Below, in pieces: positions 43,001 to 50,692 of a DNA stretch of 64,000 nucleotides. The stretch is from NCBI GenBank assembly GCA_965205865.1, contig CBDBHR010000029.1:480001-544000 (forward strand). Direction: 5' to 3'. The DNA is from a bacterium (GTDB lineage Bacteria > SAR324 > NAC60-12). The first letter of the stretch is position 1. Each line of letters opens with the position of its first letter. A model generated the notes under the pieces. That model had not been told where the DNA came from. It searched no databases and saw only the letters and a program-made list of their open reading frames with translations. A program made the translations under genes and the position numbers.

Positions 43001-43885
43001 GCCCGTGGAATCATACTCCCGTCGCGTCGTCCTGACGCGCTCTTCCAAAGCCACCAAGCGGTTCGCTCCGTCCGCCGGGAAGTCGTCGATAACCGGCAGG
43101 GCAGCCAAGTCCTGCTCGGCAGATACGGCGTCGTTCCAGGCGTCCCAGGCTTTCCGCAGTGTGACCTGACGGGTATACCGAGATTGAATTCGCCGTCGCT
43201 GCTCAGCCAAGCCTTCGAGATCGGCTTCGACCTGCTGCAGCCGCGAGGTTAGTTCCCCATACCTCGTCGCATTGTCCGCGACCTCCCGCAGCCTATTGTC
43301 TATCTCCTCGATTCTTTCGGAGACTATGTAGGTCTTTTGGCTGCTCCTTCCACCCTTTAGGAAGAGAGACTCTCGTTCGGCTTCAATTCGCTTCATACAG
43401 GACTGAAGAGACGTGACTCCCATCCCCGCGCTGTATATCTGGCTGTTTACGTTCGCCTTGCTGAGCAAGTCGTCGCTGTAGAGCTCGTCGAGTGTGAAGG
43501 CGAAGACCTGCTCGAAGACGTTGCGAGAGTGGTTGCCCAGCAGCCTTGTCAGTTCCGTTTCGGAGAGCCTCTCGCCCGACTCCAAAGTGAGGGAAACCTC
43601 TCCGCTGAGGCTTCTCCTCGTAGTTCTGCGAACGTCGTACATGCGGCCGTCGGAGCCCTCTATGGTGATGCGTCCTCCGTAGCTTCCCCCGGCCAAAGCG
43701 GGATAGGCGTTGACCTTCCCGATCCTGCGGGGATATCCGAAGAGTACCCTGCGGACGAACTCCAGCAGCGTGCTCTTACCCGCCTCGTTCGGCCCGTAGA
43801 TGACCGTAACCTGGCGTTCCAGCGGCCCGAATTGCTTGTCGGCGAACTGCCCAAAGCCGTCGATATGTATCTGACGAATCCTCAT
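40004..43885 (-). CDS. YhaN-like AAA_27 SMC/Rad50-type ATPase with central TM hairpin and internal duplications
   Basis: YGPNEAGKSTL, LSRGTREQL, VVVDEILVNFD, FTCH. Confidence 0.9.
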   Translation of the reverse strand: MRIRQIHIDGFGQFADKQFGPLERQVTVIYGPNEAGKSTLLEFVRRVLFGYPRRIGKVNAYPALAGGSYGGRITIEGSDGRMYDVRRTTRRSLSGEVSLTLESGERLSETELTRLLGNHSRNVFEQVFAFTLDELYSDDLLSKANVNSQIYSAGMGVTSLQSCMKRIEAERESLFLKGGRSSQKTYIVSERIEEIDNRLREVADNATRYGELTSRLQQVEADLEGLAEQRRRIQSRYTRQVTLRKAWDAWNDAVSAEQDLAALPVIDDFPADGANRLVALEERVRTTRREYDSTGLRVAEAGRAADVRVEHEDILKHSPDIRGLERGRTSFDNSVQDLPDRKTELEGHKRTLADTLRDLGPDWDETRIETFDLPITASQEIGEYGIRLQESAERFRQADSNVQQAEAALKAGGKLTKHESILTYSDDIRALERGRTSFDNSVHDLPEREDELEGYERNLSETLRDLGSDWNEVRLETFDLSIAVREEITHYQERLRDATGELDRLGTALAQAKTSLKEAVEEENKAEQDLNASDRPSLNAEQIRDQHAQIRAMDSRLRQIQSVQERVTTLQDQLSSLVSRADSDDGRKNAGKVVATVGVLAGITVLAGASALLAGVAGLDDSALIFGIVCIVAGLVIGIAAYLFKSSLSSSGVDAEAPTTSPLRESLNRAETELTDHRSALKLGAASLEIETINATSLITAEGVLDDQETSIRAWDDLSGVLDRARELAGQRKRQADQAKETLDAAREQHEAVQEAWKQWLQARELRDTFVPDTVVELRGKVELGITHLSSVRTWRQRIKAIEKDIGEYAEAVEPLATAFDVPFNSNDLRTVAGVADILIELHGEVERKVRARTGAEEELEKARHQLVEREKHRDAVQLKWEEWLRAHNLQDSLTPETVVRLQEQIKTARSHHENVRSWQQRIKAIEKAIKEYVEAVEPLSSAFDVTFDRNDARTVAAAADRLVELLKEVQERVRKREGAEAELEDAELRLEERRNELQKAEEELGQLLRSGGAENAEEFRTRAGLFERRTSLEEKAHNAMDRLQRLSGPGESLVRLKADLANTDPQSIDDAIAALEEELAVASAGREELSTERGAIRAELDRLVSEEESSRLRMERNVRLEQIKGHARAWTRLTLAQSLLSEARRKFERERQPGVVRHAEKFFTEITEGRYRQVYAPLGEQTITVTDADGRTKQPSELSRGTREQLFLSLRFGLIRELGERTEPLPVVVDEILVNFDPDRALRAAVAFTELSSTNQVLVFTCHPTVVELFRALVLNAASEAGTDEPDLVTFS

Positions 43886-45153
43886 ACGTCGTCCCCGGCG
43901 AGCAGGTCGACGACGATTGCCTCCGCCTCGTCGGTCAGTGCGGCCAGATCATCGTCATCGGGAGCATCGCCCGCCAGAAGCCGGCGATAGCGACTGTGCT
44001 GATAGAGATCGTCGAGGCTGTCACGCATACGGGACAGCATCTCCGGGTCTTCCTTCGCCCGGTCCGTGGTTTGGAGCACCTCGGCCAGGAAGTCGGAGCC
44101 TTTGATGCGCTCCTGCCGTTTGAACGGCGGCCGCGTCTCGTCCTCAATGCGCTCGCACCACGCGAAGGGCGAACGACGTGACCATTCCCCTGTCATGTCG
44201 TCAATCAGGTCTTGTATGAAGTTCGGCTGCCGCAGCGCACTATGCGTACCGCTCCGTCCGGTCAACGTGATCCGCAGGACGACCGACCGACCGTCCGCCT
44301 CGGCAAGAGCGCTTTCCATGCTTTGGTGAAGACCGTCGCGCAGGTCCTGCTCGGTCTCCATCCGGGAGATATCGAGGACGGGACGCTCCCACCTCACGGT
44401 GTCCACGGCCCTGAAGTCGAGGCTGGCGTTCCCATCGTTGTCCACCTCGACGAGGTACACGCCTCGCGCGCCGGGCTCGTTCGGGTGCCTGCCCTGAGAG
44501 TTTCCGGGATAGACCACGGTTGGCGAACGGTCGCTGAGTACCTGTCGAGTGTGCACGTGCCCTAATGCCCAGTAGCTAATGCCGGAGAATACGAGGTCGG
44601 TCAGCGAACACGGAGCATAAGCGGCGTGGTCGGCATTACCGTCGACGTTGGCGTGCATCAGGCCGATGGAAAAGGTGTTTGGATCGACCTTGGCGAGGCG
44701 GGGTACAAGGTTCTCAAATACGTCGCGCGTGGGATAGCTAATGCCGTGCACGACCGCGCGTTGGGGATCATCCTCGAACACCGGCACGGCCACGAACTCC
44801 GCGCCGAAGCGCGTACAGCCTGGCGGATAGTCGAGCCGCGCCTCCCAACCGTCGAGCGGATCGTGGTTGCCGTGGCAGACGAACGAGCGAATTCCTGCCT
44901 CCTCCAGCCGCTTAAGGCCCTCGACGAACTTGAGTTGCGCTCGTAGGCTCCGGTCCGCTGAGTCGTACACGTCGCCCGCAATCAGAAGCGCGTCCACCCG
45001 CTCGTCGATGCACAACTTGATGATGTTCTCGTATGCGGCAAACGTGGCGTCGTGCAGCGCGCGCGCAACGTTGTCGGGAGCGGCGGCCTTCATGCCGACG
45101 AATGGGCTGTCGAGATGCAGGTCGGCGGCATGTACGAAACGGATACGAGTCAT
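43882..45153 (-). CDS. YhaO/SbcD/Mre11-like metallophosphoesterase nuclease
   Basis: ADLHLD, AGDVYD, GNHD, LGHVH, YPGNSQGR. Confidence 0.92.
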   Translation of the reverse strand: MTRIRFVHAADLHLDSPFVGMKAAAPDNVARALHDATFAAYENIIKLCIDERVDALLIAGDVYDSADRSLRAQLKFVEGLKRLEEAGIRSFVCHGNHDPLDGWEARLDYPPGCTRFGAEFVAVPVFEDDPQRAVVHGISYPTRDVFENLVPRLAKVDPNTFSIGLMHANVDGNADHAAYAPCSLTDLVFSGISYWALGHVHTRQVLSDRSPTVVYPGNSQGRHPNEPGARGVYLVEVDNDGNASLDFRAVDTVRWERPVLDISRMETEQDLRDGLHQSMESALAEADGRSVVLRITLTGRSGTHSALRQPNFIQDLIDDMTGEWSRRSPFAWCERIEDETRPPFKRQERIKGSDFLAEVLQTTDRAKEDPEMLSRMRDSLDDLYQHSRYRRLLAGDAPDDDDLAALTDEAEAIVVDLLAGDDV

Positions 45154-45736
45154 GTCCCTCTGTCGGCTCCGGTCGGATGGATAGGCAAGTATAGCAAACG
45201 GCACAGAGGTTCGCCAAAGTGCCAGAAGGTAACAAGGCTTCTTATCATTGTTCGGATGCGCTGCCCGCAAACAGCGCGAGAGCCGCGTTCTCAGCTTGCC
45301 ACATAGTTACTATGTAAGCCAGACAGTCTCCGGGGGTTGTGATAATAATGAAGTTTTACATATTACAAACAACCCTTTAAGAGGAGACTGTCATGAAAAA
45401 GGATAACATTGAATCATTATCAGGCCAAACCCTTTTTGTTGGCATTGACGTGTATAAGAAGAGTTTTCACGTAACCTTTCGGACCTTTGATTGCGAGATG
45501 AGCAGTCAGTTGATCCCCAGCTAGTTGGTCGGCGTTGAAAAAGCTGTTGAGTCCCTTCAAAGCGCTCGATATCGAAGCGGTCTATGGAGCGGGTTATTTC
45601 GGTTATTGTAAAGGCAAATTTCAGGGAGTCTTTTTTTGATTTTTGGGCAGATTTCTTGACGGGATGGGTGGTCTGGAATGTTTCACCGCTGGGCGGACCG
45701 GAAATGCTGGATTTCAGACAAGGGGATGCCTGAGGT

Positions 45737-46166
45737 TTAAAGGCCCCATTCGGCATCACAAAAATAAGCTTTATCTGGCGGAAAGTCTCTCCAGTCATTG
45801 GAGTCTTCCAACTCATAGCGCACGATAGCAGGGAGGGGAGGAGCCCTTTCGTTTTCTTCTCCGATATGCTTTAAAATTTTTTTGACTTCTTGATGATTGG
45901 TAATGAAAGCGATGATTTTCATTTCTTTACCACAATTGGGATATAAGAGTGGATCCACTTCGAAGATCTTATGGATCAGCCGTGCCCAACTCGCGCTGGC
46001 TTTAGCCTTTCCTTTGATCTTTTCCCTCTCCATTGGGCTCTCTCCTTTTTTTTTTCTCTCCTTGCCTCGATAAGAACTGCTATAGATGCCATAATAATAA
46101 GTGATCGTTTCGTATGGTGAGGGAAGATGCCCTGCCAAAAAAGCCATAAACTCAAAGACTTCGTAA
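45737..46166 (-). mobile_element. 3' part of IS91 transposase
   Basis: YYGIYSS...WARLIHKIFEVDPL..NCG.EMKIIAFI...RAPP; near-identical to the other two copies where they overlap. Confidence 0.85.
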
Positions 46167-46691
46167 TATCTGGGAGTTGATGGTTCTCATCCTGATTGCT
46201 ATTGCCATTTATTATTTGCGCACTCGCGCCTGGCCAGCGGAAACGTTTCGGGAAAGAATCAAGATGTGGATCCGGACGTTGCGGCAGTGGTTGCAATATC
46301 TGAATATCATGGAGAGAACGCTTTTCAGTCTCATTGCTCTGAAAAAGGAAAAAAGCCATCCATCGGGCAAGTGGCGCCTCAAAAAGAAAAAGGATTGCAT
46401 GCGCATCGCACACCCAACGCGAGGATCCGGCGGCACTACATGGCCATGCTGCGCTCGGTGGAAAAAACGAGTTATCAACGAAAGCACCCCCAGACTCCAC
46501 GAGAATACGAAGAGTTTCTCCTCGTACATTTTCCTCGATCCCGAGAAGAACTGGAGACGCTCACGGAATCCTTCATGCAGGCGCGTTACGGCGTGGAAAA
46601 TTGTGATCGTATGGATTTGAATCGCGTCCAAAACGCATGGAAAAAACTGCGCCGGGAATTGAGAAACAACAGGAAGCGACCGGAAGCATGA
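46167..46691 (+). pseudogene. 3' remnant of a DUF4129-containing (transglutaminase-like) gene
   Basis: TM segment, then HYMAML...QTPREY...LTESFMQARYG in another frame; 5' end replaced by the IS91 fragment. Confidence 0.65.
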
Positions 46692-46748
46692 AGATCAACA
46701 AGCAAAATTCTGGCAGGGGGATGCCATAGAAAGGAAAAACGGGGGGCT

Positions 46749-47759
46749 TCAGTCCAGCACTTTCACTTTCAGCAAGGAATGATCTTTCTCCAATATTTTA
46801 ACCCGGTTCTGCAAAGGGCGTCCCATCCCTTTCCAGTGGATTTCCATCACGTCGTCCTCTTGCAGGAAAACATTCTCTCCGAAGCTCAAGCCATCGGCTC
46901 CGAAGAAGTGGACGTGCGCGTCGCCGGGACGGCGGTGCTTGGCATACTTGAAGTGATGGTGCTCCAGATTTTCAATGCTGTGGCACATGTTGGCATTCCC
47001 CGTTTTGATCGGCTTGGACCAGATGATTTCTCCCTGACGTTTGATGGCAACCTCGCCTTGGACGTGATCCAGCCTCTGTCCAATGATCAATTCCGGTCCC
47101 AAGGCGCATTGCCGGAGTTTTGAATGAGCAAGGTACAGGTAATTCACTTTTTCCATCACGTGATCGGAAAATTCGTTACCGGTGCTGAAGCCGATCCGAC
47201 AGGGCCTTCCTTGCGGGTCGATGATATAAACCCCGGCCACTTCGGGTTCCTCTCCTCCATCATCGGCAAAGGGGAGCACCTCCAGGGCGTCTCCATGCGC
47301 TTTCAGGATATCCCCTTCCCCCTTGTAGAACCATTCGGGTTGCGCCCCAGCCTTTCCTGAATGGGGACGTCCTCCTTCGACCCCCATGTTGTACATTTTC
47401 ATGCTGTCACTCATTTCCGCACCAGCGCTTTCCCCTTCATGCATGCTCGCCCGGTCCAGCGCGCTGTTTTTATGAGTCAGTCCGGTCCCCGTGACCAAAC
47501 AGCGGGTCGGATTGCGCGGAAAATCGAAAGCCGGAAGTAATTTCCAATCCGATCGACCCGCATGGATCGCATCATAGTCCAGGCGATTTCCCGATTGATG
47601 CGCGTCAATCAACTCCGAAAGCCGCCCCTGCCGGCTGACCGCCCCCCACGCCAATTCATATGCGGAGTTGTATTCATCGAGCAAAACCAACTCGTTAGCT
47701 TCCACCCGCGCCACCCGCCGTCCATGCCCGGGGTGTTGCAGTTGCACCAGACTTGTCAT
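46749..47759 (-). CDS. AraD1/GguC-like FAH-superfamily protein (intact copy)
   Basis: GTGLTH, QPEWFYKG, GGEEPE, GNEFSDH..E..NYLYLAHSKLR, EHHHFKY. Confidence 0.88.
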   Translation of the reverse strand: MTSLVQLQHPGHGRRVARVEANELVLLDEYNSAYELAWGAVSRQGRLSELIDAHQSGNRLDYDAIHAGRSDWKLLPAFDFPRNPTRCLVTGTGLTHKNSALDRASMHEGESAGAEMSDSMKMYNMGVEGGRPHSGKAGAQPEWFYKGEGDILKAHGDALEVLPFADDGGEEPEVAGVYIIDPQGRPCRIGFSTGNEFSDHVMEKVNYLYLAHSKLRQCALGPELIIGQRLDHVQGEVAIKRQGEIIWSKPIKTGNANMCHSIENLEHHHFKYAKHRRPGDAHVHFFGADGLSFGENVFLQEDDVMEIHWKGMGRPLQNRVKILEKDHSLLKVKVLD

Positions 47760-48081
47760 AGGAGCACTCCTCGTTTCAGGTTAAAAGGGATATCCAATTT
47801 GAAAGGGTTCCTTGCATACTTCCAAGCTCACCAAGGACCCGTGGCAAAAATCATGCGTAGTCATTTCAGAAGGGGTATCAAGCACCAACCCGGCCATCAC
47901 ACTAAAACAGAAAACAACGAAAAACAATACCAAAGTCCTTCATTATTCCGCTTGATCAGTCAAATAAGTCGTGATTTGAAACGAAAAAATGACGAGGAAT
48001 TTGGTGAAATGGAGTCAAGACTCCGGGTCCGATTTGTTTGGGAACTACAATAATGAGAATAAGAATGGAAGGATTATAGAT

Positions 48082-48426
48082 ATGAGGAACGAGCATCAGA
48101 ATGGCGAAAAACCTGATGACAACGGGATTATCACGGGTACGGATGCAGGGCGATTCTTGGTCACGGTCGTCTGTTCGATCGTCTTGTTCGTGCTTGCGTT
48201 TCACTTTCTGTTTCCCACTATGGAAACCTTCGAAAGTGGAGGTACGGCAGTTTACGACTGGCTACAGCAACTCTCTACGAAGCTTGCCTTCCATATATTT
48301 GTCGCAGTACTTGCCGGTGTATTGGTGGGCTGGCGCTGGTCCCAGTATGTCAGGCTCCGCGGGGATTTCGAGAAAGCGAAAACAAGCCGTGGTTTGCTAC
48401 TGGTTGAAATTCGAAGGAGTGTCTGA
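48082..48426 (+). CDS. Hypothetical membrane protein (2 TM)
   Basis: Two hydrophobic segments; start uncertain. Confidence 0.45.
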   Translation: MRNEHQNGEKPDDNGIITGTDAGRFLVTVVCSIVLFVLAFHFLFPTMETFESGGTAVYDWLQQLSTKLAFHIFVAVLAGVLVGWRWSQYVRLRGDFEKAKTSRGLLLVEIRRSV

Positions 48427-48737
48427 ATCAATAGATAAATGGCTGGAAAATATGGGCCTGCAAAATGATTTAAAAAATTTGGAAAACTCAAAATCGCCCT
48501 GCACTAATTCTTTATAGGCCTCCACTCGATCTTTCGCGTTGCTTCTTTCTCGGGGTTTGCTTACCTTTTTCATACGACCTCCGTTCATTGGGTTGGGTTT
48601 TGCGTGGTCAATGAAACCACAACATAACGAATGTGAGGTCATCTTTCAATTCTCAACTAATTTTTGGACATTTCCTATGGAAAAACTCTTCATTTCAAGT
48701 CAAAGGGAAATCTCTGAGAACTTATGATAGGAGAGAC

Positions 48738-48965
48738 ATGGATATTTGGAATACATGTGAATCTGTTGAGCGGGATCCGGCGAAAGTTAGTGGAGCATGG
48801 GTTTTTAGAGATACAAGAATTCCGGTAAAGGCATTATTCGAAAATTTAGAAAACGGGGCTAGCGTTGACGACTTTCTGGAGTGGTTCCCTGGGGTGACAC
48901 GTGCGCAAGTAGATGCTGTTCTCACTCATGCAACCAAGAGTCTTGCCACATCAAACACGCGATGA
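48738..48965 (+). CDS. DUF433-family antitoxin
   Basis: DPAKVSGAWVFRDTRIPV..LFENL..GASVDDFLEWFP. Confidence 0.9.
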   Translation: MDIWNTCESVERDPAKVSGAWVFRDTRIPVKALFENLENGASVDDFLEWFPGVTRAQVDAVLTHATKSLATSNTR

Positions 48966-49279
48966 GAATCCTATTTGACCAAGGGACTCCGGTTTCACTT
49001 CGGCGGTATTTCCATCCCCATTCAGTCGATACGGTTTTTGAGCGAGGATGGTCCACGTTGGGGAATGGCGATCTTCTCGAAACAGCTATTCGGGAGGGAT
49101 ATGATGTTTTCGTTACAACCGATCAAAATCTAAAACATCAACAGAATCCAGCAGAAGTCCATCTTGGAATAGTCGTGTTGCTTTCCACTTCATGGCCTCG
49201 TATCCGTAGCAGAGTCGAAGACATCATTATCGCCTTAGAGGCAGCGACTGGAGGCAGTTTAGTCGAAGTTCCCATATGA
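48962..49279 (+). CDS. DUF5615-like PIN toxin
   Basis: MRILFDQGTP...NGDLL...FVTTDQNLKHQQN; ATGA overlap. Confidence 0.88.
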   Translation: MRILFDQGTPVSLRRYFHPHSVDTVFERGWSTLGNGDLLETAIREGYDVFVTTDQNLKHQQNPAEVHLGIVVLLSTSWPRIRSRVEDIIIALEAATGGSLVEVPI

Positions 49280-49379
49280 GGACCGGAAAAATCATTCGAT
49301 CCAACCTCGTGACATCTTGCTCACAACTCTTAGAAACGCTCAGCATTTTGGGCAGCTAACAGATGGTTGCTTGTGACTT

Positions 49380-49570
49380 GCGCAAGTTTCAGCAGGGGGA
49401 TAAGGGGTCAGCGCATCGGCAAAGATCGCCACCCCAATGAAGAGCAGGACGATGATTCGGCAGAACGTCCCCAACAGCTTCTCCTTGAGAAGCCTGCTGA
49501 AGAAATCCACCGGTCCGGCACGCCGATTGGGCTCACTGACGGCGGAGGGTGCCTCTGTGGCATGGCTCAT
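49380..49570 (-). pseudogene. Truncated 5' end of a dppC-like permease
   Basis: DFFSRLLKEK...AIFADALTPYP, then homology stops. Confidence 0.8.
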
Positions 49571-49593
49571 ATTCAGGCTTTTCGCGCCAGCGA

Positions 49594-50556
49594 CTATTCA
49601 TACCGCACCCTCGGGTCCAGATAGGGGTAAATCAGGTCGATGAGGAGATTGAGCAGCACCACCCCGGTGGCGAAAAAGAGGTTGACCCCGGAGACCATCG
49701 GGTAGTCTCTGTCATTGAGGGCACTCAGCAAGAGACGACCGATCCCCGGCAGGTTAAAGATGTTCTCCATGATCACGGTACCCCCCACCAGGATCGGCAA
49801 CTGCAGGCCAATCAGGGTCACTACCGGGATGAGGGCATTCTTGATGGCGTGTCGGATCACCACGGCCCGCTCCTTGAGCCCCTTGGACCAGGCCGTTCGG
49901 ATATAGTCCTGCCGGAGCACCTCCAACATCATGGTGCGCGTCATCCGCATGGTGGCGGCCGCCGATGCCGTCCCCACAATCAAGCTGGGAATGAGGAACA
50001 TCGCCAGATTCCCCAGCGGGTCTTCTGTGAAAGAAACCAGCTCCAGCGGCGGCGCCCAGCCCCACCAGATGGCCGGGTAGATCATGACCATTATTCCCAG
50101 CCAGAAGTTAGGCGTGGCCAGGCCGATGATGGCAACAGAGCGCCCCAGGAAGTCGGCGGCCGTATCCTGGCGCATCGCCGAGTAGATGCCCACGGGCAGC
50201 GCGATCACCAGCCCGATGAGGATTGCCATCAAACCAAGCTCAATGGTGACCGGCAGTCTCTCTAATATCGCTTCCTCTACCGATTCTCTGGAAAACAGGG
50301 ATTCGCCAAGGGCACCGTGCAGGAGAATCTCTCTCAACCAGCGTACATACTGCACCCAGACAGGCACGTCCAACCCCAGCATACGCTCGAGAGCGTCCCG
50401 GTCTACATCCCCCAGCGTATTGTACATGTCCATCCTGCCCATTATTGCGTCTATGGCATCGCCTGGGATAAAGCGTACCGAGAGAAAGACCAGGATGCTC
50501 AAGATAAACAGGGTGGGGAAGATCAGCAATACCCGCCTGACGATATAGGCTCTCAT
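49594..50556 (-). CDS. dppB: DppB/OppB-like permease
   Basis: Paralog of 3650-4606. Confidence 0.92.
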   Translation of the reverse strand: MRAYIVRRVLLIFPTLFILSILVFLSVRFIPGDAIDAIMGRMDMYNTLGDVDRDALERMLGLDVPVWVQYVRWLREILLHGALGESLFSRESVEEAILERLPVTIELGLMAILIGLVIALPVGIYSAMRQDTAADFLGRSVAIIGLATPNFWLGIMVMIYPAIWWGWAPPLELVSFTEDPLGNLAMFLIPSLIVGTASAAATMRMTRTMMLEVLRQDYIRTAWSKGLKERAVVIRHAIKNALIPVVTLIGLQLPILVGGTVIMENIFNLPGIGRLLLSALNDRDYPMVSGVNLFFATGVVLLNLLIDLIYPYLDPRVRYE

Positions 50557-50619
50557 GGCATACGCTTTCAGTCGATTGGATGAGGATGGAGTCTCCCCCT
50601 CAAATACTTCAATGAGAAG

Positions 50620-50661
50620 GGAGCCGGGAAGCGCGCTCGGAAGCGAGAGCCTCCCAGCTCC
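50620..50661 (-). terminator. Intergenic stem-loop after the SBP gene
   Basis: GGAGCTGGGA...TCCCGGCTCC on the minus strand; homolog of 3584-3611. Confidence 0.55.
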
Positions 50662-50692
50662 ACTCTACCTGAGATCAGTAGGGTAGAACCCC

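Noticed and set aside
48252-48642. Minus-strand ORFs, one with a GPYF motif suggestive of a membrane-protein N-terminus
   Set aside because: Overlap a more plausible plus-strand ORF; similarity too slight
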